From: the human T2T-CHM13v2.0 reference genome, Homo sapiens
Length of the DNA stretch: 64,000 nucleotides
Assembly (NCBI RefSeq): GCF_009914755.1
Contig: NC_060926.1
Direction: 5' to 3' (one strand)
Shown one piece after another: positions 1 to 11,929 of the stretch. Position 1 is the first letter of the stretch. Every line of letters begins with the position of its first letter. The notes under the pieces were generated by a model. That model was not told where the DNA came from. It searched no databases and saw nothing but the letters and a program-made list of their open reading frames with translations. A program made the position numbers and the translations under genes.

Positions 1-135
1 CAGCCTGGGAGCACCTGTTTCCTGTTTGAACATTGGGATAAAAAGTCTTGCACAGGATTTTTCTGAGGATAAATGAGGAAATGACAAGTAAAACATAGAG
101 TACATTTTGGTGATAAAATATTAAGTTGCTCATGC
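1..135 (+). mobile_element. MIR SINE 3' fragment
   Basis: Degenerate match to MIR tail (tttcc...ggataa...ggattttctgaggataaatgag...gtaaaac); boundaries approximate. Confidence 0.6.
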
Positions 136-770
136 AGTTCCACTGTGAATGTGGATGAGGCTCCCAACAAGGGTACCCACTCAGCACTCCTGCTTCAAGC
201 ACAGAAGGACCCTCTTCCCTCCTGTTTTCCTTGTAGGACCTGAGAAACGAACAGCTCACATCATGGCTCATGCTACCCAGGGGTGCAAGGAAGTGGTTGT
301 GCGTACAGCCTGTGGTTAATGCAAAGAAAAATGGAGTCAATATTTTCATATTGGAAAATCTGAATTTGCAGTATCAAAAGTCATTCACTTGTTCTCCTAG
401 GCAACTATCTGGGTCTTTTTAAAATATATTTTTATTTATTCTTATTTTTTCTCACTGACTTAACAGAATTCATTCAGAACGTGAGTACATGTGATGTGTT
501 TTTTACTGCACAAGAAAGATCCAACAAGGGGTAGTCTCTTCTCACTTCTCAGAATTTATCAGCTTATCACAACTTTTATGAAAAGCCCAAAATGCAAAAG
601 GGAATAACGTTTCAAAAGCTTCTGACAGTTGGACTCCATGTTCCTTTTATCCAGGGGTTTAAGAAATTAACATTGTAAATAGGTTTTCATATTTGCCTGC
701 TGTTATTGGACACATAGTGGTGACTTACTGAATGCCTGTCAGATAAAGGAATTAAACTCCTGTTGCTGGG

Positions 771-868
771 GGTGTGTGTGTGCAAGAGCCTGTATGAAGT
801 ACATGTGTGAGTGTGCATGTGTGTCTATGTGTGTGACTGTGTGTATGAATGTGTGTATTTGTAGTGTG
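771..868. repeat. Degenerate (TG)n simple repeat
   Basis: Interrupted TG/TA dinucleotide run. Confidence 0.85.
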
Positions 869-873
869 GGAAG

Positions 874-1212
874 TGTATTAGTCCATTTTCATGCTGCTGA
901 TTAAGACATCTGAGACTGGGAAGAAAAAGAGGCTTAATTGGACTTACAGTTCCACATGGCGGGGGAGGCCTCAGAGTCATGGTGGCTTCTTAAATGGCAG
1001 TGGCAAGAGAAAAATGAGGAAGAAGCAAAAGCAGAAAGCCCTGATAAACCCATCACATCTAGTGAGACTTCTTCACTATCACGAGAATAGCGCAGGAAAG
1101 ACCAGCACCAGTGATTCAAGTACCTTCCTCGGGGTCCCTCTCACAACATGTGGGAATTCTGAGATATACAATTCAAGTTGAGATTTTGGTGGGGACACAG
1201 CCAAACCAGTCA
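874..1212 (-). mobile_element. THE1A-like MaLR solo LTR
   Basis: Begins tgtattagtccattttc and ends ggggacacagccaaaccagtca, the reverse complement of THE1 LTR termini; internal aagcaaaagcagaaagccctgataaaccc resembles THE1A. Confidence 0.9.
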
Positions 1213-1921
1213 CTTGGGATGGTTCAGCTACAAAAAAGCCTTATGCTTGAACTGGAGGTGTAGACAGTCCAGAAGCAAAAGCCTCAACTGTAGTTGGAAG
1301 AAATCCCTATTGTGAGCTGAGAACCTCTTCTGAGCCAGGCATTTGCTCACTGCTTTCCATGGGTTGTGTTTCATGCTCACAAAGCTGCGAGTCTTATCTT
1401 CATATCACTGGGGCTTGGAGAGGCCCATTTGCCACAAGTGACACCAAGGATAAGTGGCTGGTGAAGCTGGGAACCCAAGTCTGCCCTGCGGGGACCCAGT
1501 GTTCCTTCCACCACACATGGCTTCCCTGGGCCTCTTCCTGATTTACCCTGACTGGCACACAGAGACTTGTCTCAGCCATGTGGGGTGGTTTCCTTTCTGT
1601 TCCTGGGATAGTTTAAATCCTGCATCTGAAGATCGCATCCCAGGAGAAGAAACCCAGTCCTGTCTATTTTCAAGCCAGCAAGATGAATGAGAAAAATGAG
1701 CTCAGGAAATCCTGAGGGGGAAATAGCTGCTCTCAGGCACACCCGTACGATCTCAGATGATTTCAGAGATTACAGGCAAAACATGGCTCATCTCCACCTT
1801 CAGATAATCGCATACACAAGGACCTTCCAGGGGATAAGCATCAGGTGGGAGATGGTGCCCATTGCAGGACAAACACTGCGCTTCCTGAATCAACATGTTG
1901 TTCACAGGAGAAACTAATTAT

Positions 1922-2056
1922 CAAAACCACCCTGGGACGTAAACTATTATTATCACAATTCTTCACTTTAGGCAAGAAAATTAAGGCTTAGAATCATTAA
2001 GAGTCTTGCCCTATAACAAACAACGAGCAGACCATGGGGCCCGGCCCAACCCCACA
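1922..2056 (-). mobile_element. MIR fragment
   Basis: attattatc...aagaaaattaaggcttaga...ttaagagtcttgccc resembles the MIR core. Confidence 0.5.
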
Positions 2057-2599
2057 GCCAGTAGGAACACACCCAGGCAGGGTTCAGTAAGACACCCAAA
2101 GCCACGTGAAGGGCAAGGATGGGCCAACAGTGCTCAGAGGAGCCTCCCTGCAGAAAGGGTGTTAGGGAGACTGCAGTAGGGGCCACGTTGCTTGGAATTA
2201 GGGGGTGGCCACAGCATGGGGACCTTTCTAAGCTATGTTTCCTTGGCAGCAAAGTACTTCATAGGAAACGATCACCTTGGAAATTAAGATTTCCACAATC
2301 TGAAGCAGAATTAATCCAAGAGCCAAAATGACATTGAAAACTGCAGAGGTAAGTGCTGGTGAAGTCTACTCAACCTTCTGGAAGAGATTCACTTTCACCT
2401 AAAGCCAAGTATGAATGCACAGACAGCAGCTAAAACACAGCTGTCTTGGGTGCCACAGGCTCTTCATTGGATACCTACTTTGCAGAAACCCGTGGCAACT
2501 GAGAATGATAGAGATGCAAAGCCTCCTAGTCCCTCCTCCCCACCGGGGGCTCAGGATGTGGTGGGATTTACAGTGTAGACAATTACTCTCCTATGAGAG

Positions 2600-2880
2600 G
2601 GTTTGTGGGGCCCTATAGGATCACAGAGGAGGAATGAATGGCTGCACCTGGAGGGAAGGCAGGGCCTGGGGAGGCTCCCTGTGCAAAGGTATCCCTCTGA
2701 GTTGAGGGTTGAAGGCTGAATAGTTTTCAGCGGGGGCTGTTGGGGGATGGGCTGGCCTTCCAGGCAGAGGAGGGTAAGGGACGAGAAACAGAGATATGAA
2801 GGTACCGCATTTTCAGAAACACTGCATAGTGGCTGAGCACAGTCAGTGCTCAACAAATGTTGCTTGAATGAGCAAATGAT
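2600..2880. mobile_element. L2 fragments (minus-strand body plus a plus-strand 3' tail)
   Basis: tgagttgagggttgaaggctgaatag...ttccaggcagagg and the L2 terminal motif gtgctcaacaaatgttgcttgaatga. Confidence 0.6.
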
Positions 2881-2939
2881 GCTTCCAAAATAACTAAGTC
2901 CAGGAAGGAGGTGAAATTGGCTGTATATAAATTATTGAT

Positions 2940-3350
2940 CAATGGTAAGGCAATGAATGAGAAATGGCTGATTAGGTAACATCATTCACACTCAGGAGAG
3001 AAAACCTCTGGAGATTTTGTTTGCTGATTTCACCTGGCATACAAAATCCTGAAAAACGAGTCTCTTGGAATCCACAAAGGATGAAGAGGACAAAAATTCA
3101 ACTGTGCTCAGCGATTTGAGTTTTCAAAGACACGAAAATGAGGTTGCAGTCAGAGTGGATCTTTTTCTCATTTCTGCACAACTCTTAATACATTGTTGGT
3201 GCACAATGAATGTTAAATAATAATTTAATGTTTTTATTAATGACAAAGGAGGAATCAACATATTAATGAAACTTGCAGATGATACTAAGCTGGGAGTTAT
3301 TACAAACACCAATTAGGAGATGAAGACGATGAAGAGGGACCGAGGAAAGA
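2940..3350 (+). mobile_element. CR1/L3 LINE fossil, ORF2 reverse-transcriptase region
   Basis: 3224-3310 translates FNVFINDKGGINILMKLADDTKLGVITNT, like CR1 RT FNIFINDL...KFADDTKLGG; 3029-3133 gives FT...KS*KTSLLES...DLSFQR, like GF..KSCLTNLLEF...YLDFQK. Confidence 0.8.
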
Positions 3351-3693
3351 AAGTTCCAACAAAGTGAGCTTCTGTCTTGCAAATACAAGCAAATGCACCT
3401 GCAAAAAATGTGTACTGTGGGAAGCTCAGAAGGCGAGGCTAACACAGGCTTAGGAGGGAAAGCAGTCCAAATGCAACGGCTTTTGGAAACGCCAGGGGCA
3501 GGATGTGTGATGAAAGTCATAAGAAAAAGCACAATCTCCTCGGCTTTTTCAGTCGAAAATGCATTCGATACCAAGTTTCATTTGGTTGCACGTTGGAAGC
3601 TGGTCATGACTTTGAAGGAAGAACAGTTTGCCTTTCCCAGGAGATGAATTCACGAGTGAGTAGGACCTGGTTCCCTGTCCTCAGTTCGGGTCC

Positions 3694-4048
3694 TGATATG
3701 GTTTGGCTGTGTCCCCACCCAAATCTCACTTTGAATTATAACAATCCCCACACGTCCAGGGTGGCGCCAGGTGGAGATAATTGAACCATGGTGGTGGTTT
3801 CCCCATATTGTTCTCGTGGTAGTGAATAAGTCTCAGGAGATCTTATGGTTTTATAAATGGGAGTTCCCCTACGCAAGCTCTCTTGCCTGCCGCCAAGTAA
3901 GACATGACTTTGCTCCTCCTTCACCTTCTGCCATGATTGTGGGTCCTCCCCAGCCATGTGGAACTGTGAGTCAGTTAAACCTTTTTTCCTTATAAATGCC
4001 TCAGCCTTGGGTATGTCTTTATTAGCAGAGTGAGAACAGACTAATGCA
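3694..4048 (+). mobile_element. THE1B-like MaLR solo LTR
   Basis: tgatatggtttggctgtgtccccacccaaatctc...gactaatgca with perfect 5-bp TSD GGTCC. Confidence 0.95.
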
Positions 4049-5165
4049 GGTCCGCTTCAGTCTCTCGTGGACACACCTGGGGCCTCCTAAAGTATCTTCT
4101 GCTCCCAGCCTCCTCCCTTCTCACCATTCTGTTCCTGGGGCATTCTCTGTTTCCATCTTGTGATGCTTCTGTTGAAAACCATTGAGAGCCTTCTGCTTCC
4201 TGTGTCGTTAAATCCAAATTCTTCACCGTTGCCTATATTTCAGTAGCATAAATTCTCTCATATACCTTTAAGGGAATGGAGAGCAACAGTCTTTTGAAAG
4301 ACAAGCAGATTCTTGGCTCCCTCACTGGCCTCCATGGGGAAGACTTAGGACTCTGTATACCAGCATTGGAGGGGAATGTCGAAGGGAACGGGAGCTCCCA
4401 AGGGAGGAAGTGCTGGAATCCCAGTGCTGTCAGGACCACTCAGACCCCGTCTATATTTATAAACAAGGAGAAGCTCAGTGAGGCAGAATGCCTCGGGTGC
4501 AGTCTTGAAGCTAGTTCCTGGCAGGGCTTGGACTGAAGTTTAGATCCTCCCTTTTCTTCATCAGTGCCTTGGTACCACACCACACAGACCAATGCAAATG
4601 CACGGAGACATCACAGTCTAGTGCGGCAGGCCGGAAGGTGATGATCACACTCCACAGGTGGTAGCAGAGAGGAGCTCCACCCCCTGCAGGAGAAGTCAGA
4701 GCAAATTTCTGGAGGAGACGGAATTGGGGTCGGGGATGGAGAGAGCAGGGGGTTGCTCAGAGCACAGATTGGGAGGGAATGCCACCACACAAACACACCC
4801 ATGCAAGTAAAGCCGCAGACGCCCCAAGAGAGCTTGGCAAACCTTCAGTGCAGAGCTGAGCTCCAGTAGGGTGAGGGGATTGGAGGTGGAGCAGGTGGAC
4901 GGGGTAGAGCGGTAAGGGACAGAGGGGATGCACTTTTTAAGGTTTAAGCCAGGCTGGAGGATTTCAGGTTAAGGTTGGTGCTGACACAATAAGATATGGG
5001 ATTTGCCTACGCCACGGTAGCTGCATGTAGGGGAGCTTGGATGCAGAGGATGAGGGCCAGGACATGAGGTTAGGAAGCCGCCAAAAGGAGCAGCGAAGAG
5101 GAGATGGGGGTCTATGCCCAGCCTGTGGAGTGGAAAGTAACAAGTATCAGTAAAAAGACAGTTGA

Positions 5166-5377
5166 GGGCAGGCACAGTGGCTCACGCCTGTAATCCCAGC
5201 ACTTTGGGAGGCCAAGGCGGGTGGATGACCTGAGATCAGGAGTTTGAGACCAGCCTGGCCAACATGGTGAAATGTCATCTCTACTAAAGATACAAAAATT
5301 AGCTGGGCATGGCGGTGGGTGCCTGTAATCCCAGCTACTTGGGAGGCTGAGGCAGGAGAATCGCTTGAATCCAAGAG
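5166..5377 (+). mobile_element. AluS, 3'-truncated
   Basis: Left arm, A-rich linker and part of right arm; stops at tcgcttgaatccaagag with no poly(A). Confidence 0.95.
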
Positions 5378-5864
5378 TGTGGCTCCCAGATGAAGATGTT
5401 CTGCCCTGGCTGCTCCACTCCGGTCTGGTCTGGCTGCTTCAACCTCATGGGATCTTCCTGAGCTTAGTGCTGACTTCCAAGAGTATCAGTGAATCCCCCA
5501 GTATTCAGAATAACCCAAGGACACCCTCACCCAGGTATGCCCAATTCTCACTCATATTACTCCTCCCTTAGTCCATCTTAATTAGAATGCCTAATTGGAA
5601 GTAACATAAATACCTCCAAAATGCCCTATTGCCTCTGTAGCTGTGCCCTGGAGAGAGGAACTCATAAGTTAACAGTCCGTGGTGTCACTCAGAAAGCAGG
5701 TGGTTTATACCTTGGCATCACCTCACCTTGATTCTGAACCAGAAAAAAAACAAAACGCTGGCCGTGGCAAACATGAGAAAAGGCTGAGATGATGAGAAAC
5801 CTTTTTCCTTTCTTCTGTGGTGCTTCACTCCACCTGGGAGCTCACTGCCTAGCATCTAACATGA

Positions 5865-6045
5865 GGAGCCCCGGCACTTTTCATTTTCTAGTCCTCACAA
5901 AAGTGCTACAAATAAATATTATTTTGTGCCCATTTTATAGATCAGAAAACCTAAGTCTCAGTTAAGTTCACCTGCTCACAATGAAAATTAGTGACCCATG
6001 AAGCCAGAATATGAGCTGTCCTGTGGCCTCCAAGGATGGTTCTCT
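5865..6045 (-). mobile_element. MIR
   Basis: tcctcacaa...cccattttatagatcagaaaacctaagtctcag MIR core. Confidence 0.7.
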
Positions 6046-6397
6046 CCACTGAATCATTGTGTTGGCTAGTGCCTCTTCTGAAACAGGGCTCTGTAGAGGC
6101 AGCGAGGGGTCATTATTTTAAGAGAGAAGCTCAATGTGGTTTAGAAAATGTGTTCTGAGCCTCACCCATGCATGCATCCACCCAGGCTCCCCAGGGACTC
6201 TTGCAGTCTGTCCCCAGTCCTGTGTTTCAGAAGGGAAGACTCTGGCTGTGACCCCCATGCTGAGAGCATGTTTTAGGTTTCTGTTGTAACATGGGGTGGG
6301 GGGGAATCACTCGTTTACCGAGGACCTTCCTGTTCTCTGGAAATGCTCAGCTTGTATATGAAACAGAAGGATTCCTGCACAGGAGCCCCCCTTTCCA

Positions 6398-6423
6398 ACA
6401 CACACACACACACACACACACAC
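6398..6423. repeat. (CA)n microsatellite
   Basis: About 13 perfect CA units. Confidence 0.95.
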
Positions 6424-6870
6424 CATTTGCATATGTAATATTTAGGCAAAGCTGGGAAGTTTCCTTTATTTCGCTTTACAATATTTATTTCATCATTTGT
6501 CTTCTTTCTCCTGCACTGCATTAAGTATCTCTTGAAAATGACTTCTGTGAAATACTTCCATATGCGTTTAAACTTCTACAACATAATTTTTCAGTTCTTA
6601 GTGAAATTGTGAAAGTCAGTTTAGATATTTGCAACTGGTGATAAATTATTTTATTTGATTCCCATGTTATTTTCTTCTCTGGCTGGTATATAATATAAGA
6701 GTTGGAAGGAATCGCAATAGGCATCTATCTACCGTTTCTAAAAATGTGGTTTTAGACCAGAAGCATGAGCATTGCCTGAGAATTAGTCGTAAATGTAGAC
6801 TCTCAGCCCCACCTCAGACCGAGTCAGAACCTGGATTTTCAGAAGATCCCCAGGTGACCAGGATGCACAT

Positions 6871-8048
6871 TATATTAGTTGTTTATTACTGTATAACAAA
6901 TTAGAAAAAATGTAGTACCTTTAAATATGTTTATCTCCCAGTTTCCATGGGTCTGAGTTCTCTACTCAGGGTCTCACAAGGCTAAAAAGATGTCAGCTGG
7001 GCTGTGTTTTCATCTGGAGGCTCAATGGGGGAATTATCGGTTTTCAAGTTCTTTCCATTTGTTGGCAGAATTTATTTCATTCTGTGTGACTGTGATCTCA
7101 ATTTTTTGTTGTCATCTGGAGGCCACCCTTGAGTGTTGGAGACTGCCTACAGTTCCATGCCATGTGGGTTTCCTTAACATGGATGCTTATTCATCAAATC
7201 AGCAAAGAAAATTTATTTCTAGTGTATGATAGCAAGGTAAAGGACTATTTGTTTTTGTGTATATGTATACATTTGTAAGGTACATAGATATGCTTTGGTT
7301 AAGAATTAGGCTGAGCAGATACCCAGACCTGCCAGACTCAGCAGGATTGGTGCACAGGTGCACACCTCCACTTGTTATATAACCTGTTTGTGTAAGCTCA
7401 TACTTGGCTGGGAGCCACTGTCATTTGAGAAAGATATAACTGCCCTGCCGATGCCATACAGGTGCTCTTGGGCATGGCTTGACATGGCTGTTGTGCAGGC
7501 ACTGGTGCCCAGAGAGAGAACCAGAGCTTGTCCATCTTGTAGACAGACAGGAGCCAGTGCACAGCTCAGCATGGCATGGCATGGCTTGTGCTTGTGGCCA
7601 GAGAGAATCAGCTAAGCTGCTGACCCTGAAGGCAGGGGAGAGCCGGCTGCTGCTAACCCTGAAGGCAGGGGAGAGCCAGCTGCGCAGTTGCTTGTGGGAG
7701 TGGCCAGCTCAAGCAGCTGAGACAAGGCAGACTGTGAGAAAGCAGCTGATGAGAGAACAGTGTGAGAGAGCTGTTAATGAGAGACAGCCGCTGAATAAAA
7801 CAACATTTCGCCTGCCTACGGCCCCGCAAGTGTTCTTTCAGCCATCACCCACTACCCTGGACATAACATTCATATCATACATGCACACACATACATATAC
7901 ATACATATGTACATATACACAGAGATATATAATCATAGGAGTGACATCTTTGCCTTGGTGAGAAGTTGCAAGTCTTGCCCACACTCAGGTAAGGGAATTA
8001 TATAGGGTATGGGACACAAGAGCTACCCTAGGATTTTTCTGTCATGCA
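6871..8048 (-). mobile_element. MLT1 LTR interrupted by a TA-rich tract and LTR18
   Basis: tatattagtt...ataacaaatt...ctcagggtctcacaaggct...tgttggcagaattta; resumes near 7930 with aatcataggagtga...gcccacactcagg. Confidence 0.75.
7274..7868 (+). mobile_element. LTR18 (LTR18B-like) ERVL solo LTR
   Basis: tgtaaggtacatagatatgctttgg...cacacctccacttgttatataacctgtttgtgtaag...gctgctgaccctgaaggc...AATAAA at 7794...ggacataaca. Confidence 0.8.
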
Positions 8049-8124
8049 AGTTAAAGTCTGAGAAATATTGGGCAAATCCAATCTGTTGCCAAATCCCTCA
8101 TAGGTGCTAGTACCTAAAGCTTTG

Positions 8125-8418
8125 TGCCACGGTCTGAATGTATGTGTTTCCCCCAAATTTATATGTTGGGACATAAGACTCACTGTGATAGTATGAAGGG
8201 CTCAAGGGAAGTAGCTAGCCCTTTTTGCCTTCCGTCTTTTCCACCATGAGAGGACCACAGCAAGGGGCACCATCTTGGAGGCAGAGAGCTGTCCTCACCA
8301 GAACCACACCTGCCAGTGCCTTGATCTTGGACTTCCCAGCCTCCAGAAATAAATTTCTGTTCTTATCAATTACCCAGTCTAAGGTATTTTGTTATAGCCG
8401 TACAAGCAGACTAAGACA
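8125..8418 (+). mobile_element. MLT1A/MST MaLR LTR, internally deleted
   Basis: tgccacggtctgaatgt...cttgatcttggacttcccagcctccagaa...gactaagaca; perfect TSD CTTTG. Confidence 0.9.
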
Positions 8419-8479
8419 CTTTGCTTCTGTACCAATTTTCCTAAGTGACACACATTGGTTTCTTGCTCCCCTCATTTGA

Positions 8480-9200
8480 TTTTTAACCACTGTCCCTAGC
8501 TCCTACACCACTGTTCCACCCAAACCTCTCCTGCTGAAGCCACTAGTGACTTCTCTGCCACCATGCCCTGCAGGTGCTTTACTCTTCCTGATGGCTTCTC
8601 ATCAGCATTGACAGGCTGGAACCTCCTCTTTGAAATGCTCTCCCTTCCTTTACTGTCCTGTAGCTCTCACTCTCCCAGTTTCCTTCCCACCTTTCTGGCA
8701 ATTTTTTTCTCAGCCTGCTTTGTGCCTTCTCTTCTCTTCTAAGCTTTGCAAATGATGGAATTATTCAATCCTGAGCCTTGTAGCTCTTCTCAGTAAGCTT
8801 TCTTTTCCAGGCAATGCCCCCAACCTACCCAGCTGAAACTGTTTCTCTGAGCTGCAGTCTCACACACTGAATGGTTCATGCTCAGTATTGCATCTTGATT
8901 TGGTCTCAAAAGTTCTTAAAATTACACCTGCTCCCAAATTAATGTTTGAAACCATTATACCACCTTTAGCCTACTCCTTCCCTGCAGCTCCATAACTTAG
9001 TACTGACACCGCCATCCTCTCCACTGTTCCTTCTCAAAACCATTCTTGACACTGACCTCTTTAGCACTCACACATCTAATCTTTCACTAAGTTTTCAATT
9101 TTACCCCTAAATACCTCCCCAGCATGTTTATATCTTACCATTTGCATGGCCAGGAGAGTCTAAGCAAAGCCATTACCCACTCCTGTGTAGGCTACTGCAC
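8480..9200 (+). mobile_element. L2 LINE fragment
   Basis: Pyrimidine-rich L2-like ORF2 end and 3' region (gccactagtgacttctc...tcagcattgaca...ctctttgaaatgctctc). Confidence 0.7.
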
Positions 9201-9978
9201 AGGTGAGTCTGAAACCCCAGCAGGTACCATTTATTAAGTCTGCACTTTCCCAGACCAAACATTCACAGTTCCAAATTTCATTCATGCCTATGATTCTAAG
9301 TTGATTCTCAGGAATTAAACTGAAAATCCCAGGTTTTTTCTTACCAGTGGAGAATGGAGTTCACAAAAAGCATCCACGGAGCAAAACTAGCACTGTCCTG
9401 TGCAGGTCTCTAGGACTTTCCTCAGAGCAAGTGACTTACCTTGTCACTTGCTTCCTCTCATTGTTTAGACCTTCCTACCCAGATGCTGGGCGAGCATGCA
9501 CACTCTGTAACCTACTGACGTCTAGTGAGGGTCCTTATGGAGCCTCTGCTCTGCCCAGTAACTAGTCAGAAGACTAGGTAAAGGCTTTATTTCCTTCCCC
9601 AGCCCTAGCCCAGTGGTTTGCTGGGAATTTCTCACCCATAAAACTGATTTTAGCATTAGAGTTAATGACTTTATTTCTCTGTGGTCTTGGTTCTCTTACA
9701 AATTGGGAAGCCTATAAAATGCACTAGCCAGGTGGAGGAAAGCCTCATGGTGGCCGTTCTGATCTTACTATACCCTTTCTGACATGCTCACTGTTGGTCT
9801 CCTTCGAAGGTCTCTCTATGCCAGACTGAACTTGCTTCCTGTCATCCCACACCCATGGTAAGATGTACCCTCTGTGCTTCCCTTACAACCTAACTTCTCC
9901 CATGCTACCATCAATTTCTCAGGCAACTGTGAACCTCCCTCCTTATCTTGGGACATGTCTCTCCTCTGCCACTTATGA

Positions 9979-10040
9979 CTGTTATAGACTGAATTGTGTC
10001 ATTCCTCCATCCCCCCAAATTCATATGTCAATGCACTGAT
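9979..10040 (+). mobile_element. MLT1 LTR 5' fragment
   Basis: tgttatagactgaattgtgtc...ccccccaaattcatatgt. Confidence 0.65.
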
Positions 10041-10989
10041 TTATCTTGAGTACTTCAGCGACACACCAACCATCCCTCCTCAGCCCACCCACCATTCTCA
10101 ATCTGAGGGTATCTTGGCTCTTAACTCTCTTCTAGGTCATTCCAGTTATGGTTCCTGCAGCACTGGCCCCATTCCACTTTTCGGGTTTTCAATATCCTCC
10201 CAATGGCATTTCCTGCTGCTGCCCTCAAGTGTTCCCTCCCCTGTGTTAGGGAATCCCCACTACACATTTTGTTCAGTCCTTGGGGCCCACACTTGATTCA
10301 AATTCCATGGTCTCCCCCCCAGTTGTGGCCTTCTCTTCTCTTGCCTCAATACCTACTTTGGAGGCATCTCCTTGTGGCTTCCTTATTTGTGTATCTCATG
10401 CGCCTGCTTCCATTGCAGTGAGGACAATATTAAATATGTGCACCAAAAACTCCCCGGCAGTCTGTCTGCCTGGAACAGCATTTCAGCCCCTCACCTTGGG
10501 GCTCTTAGTTCTTTGGAGCCTCCATCTGCTGAGGACCCTGACGTTCCTTGCCAGGGTCTGCTGGATCTCACCCCCAGGGGGTCCTGCCAGTCTGGTGTTT
10601 ATCAGAGAAACTGCCCATACATCAACGGGAGGTGAGAAGGGATGCTTATGGGGACTATTATACAGCTTTAGTAGTGGAAAATTAGAGGTTTGAAGCTGTC
10701 ATGCTCTGTCTCTGTGCCATACAGACCTTTCTATATACCCTATACAACAGATTGAAACAATGAATTGCATTGTACTTATTTACAATAGATCCTAAGTTAT
10801 TGATGATTAACCTGTTTTTCTAAGTAAAGTCTAGCCCAGCTCTATTGCAGCACCTGGTACCTCTTAGAGGCTCAATAAATACCTCCTGAGTGAGCGCTCT
10901 GTGTTCCATGCCAGATGCAAGGTTTAGGGACAGCTTAATGAGGAAGGACTTTCTAATCTGGAGGAAATTGGGGAGTCCCTTGGCAAGGG

Positions 10990-11175
10990 TGTAGCAGAGG
11001 CAGTAAGATGTTAGACAGTCAGGAGACCTGGGATGTCATCCTCAATTCATTTGCTAGCTAGATGCACTTGGAAATGCACTCCCTTCTCTGATTCTCAAGT
11101 TTTTTTAGTTTGCCAAATATTAAAGTAACTCCCATCTGATGGCTCTCTTGGATGGTATAAGAATAATAGATGAGG
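10990..11175 (+). mobile_element. MIR
   Basis: agtcaggagacctggg...cttctctgattctcaagttt. Confidence 0.55.
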
Positions 11176-11379
11176 AAGCTACTATTCACCTTTCATGCAG
11201 GAGAGAGGTTCCATTCATCATGTGGAGATTGGAGTTAAGATCTTACAATGCCTAACAATCCTGGAATTATCAAATTCTAGTTGCTGTGCATCAAATTGAA
11301 TACATTTTAGATAGCCATACCATCATCATAATTGCTTGGAGTGAATAGATAAAAATTGAAAAAAATCTTGGTATATTTT

Positions 11380-11897
11380 CTCATAGAAATCTGCCCAGGG
11401 ATCAAATGTTAAGCAGGGATTTATTAGTGGACACAATGTAGTCAGCAAAGAGGCAGTAGTATTTTGAGAAGCTTCCTGGAGGAAGAGGAACTGGAACTAG
11501 GTGTTGAAGGGATGTTCAGGTTTAAACGATGGAGTAGAAGTGAAGAAGTTAATGAATATAGCACTTCTGACATGTGCCAGGTGCTTAATGTCATTTAATC
11601 CTCACAACATGAAAGAGGCAAAGATAACTATCTTCTTTTTAATGTAAGTACTGACAGTGTGCCAGGCAACAGATAAGTCAATATGATACCTGAGATAGCT
11701 GCCAGGGTAACACAGAGCTCACTCTGAGGACCTAGGGACAGCTCCAAGAGCTGAGACATGAACAAAAAGTAGGAATTAGATCAGAAATGAAGAAAGAGAA
11801 GGAAAGTAATGATCGAGAAAAGGGTGCCCCAAGCCACGAGGGTAACATGAGCTATGGCAGTCGGTTGTGAAACCACAGGAAGTGTATGGGGGAACTG
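11380..11897 (-). mobile_element. L2 and MIR fragments
   Basis: gagaagcttcctggaggaagagg...gtgttgaagg; atgtgccaggtgct...tcatttaatcctcacaac. Confidence 0.5.
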
Positions 11898-11929
11898 AAA
11901 AAAAAAAAAAAAAAAGTAATTATCAGAAT

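Larger units (their letters stand above)
6733..8071. mobile_element. MER5-family hAT DNA transposon split by a nested insertion (arms ~6733-6870 and ~8049-8071)
   Basis: ...ccccacctcagacc...gatccccaggtgaccaggatgcacat resumes as ttaaagtctgagaaatattg after the insert. Confidence 0.7.

Noticed and set aside
1112-3788. DUX4-type TAATTGAATCA motifs expected in THE1A/B LTRs
   Set aside because: Both copies are mutated (tgattcaagta near 1112; taattgaacca near 3778).
7479-7961. 160-aa ORF with an internal repeat LLTLKAGES
   Set aside because: Lies almost entirely within LTR18 and the TA-rich tract; the peptide repeat is just the 33-bp DNA duplication.
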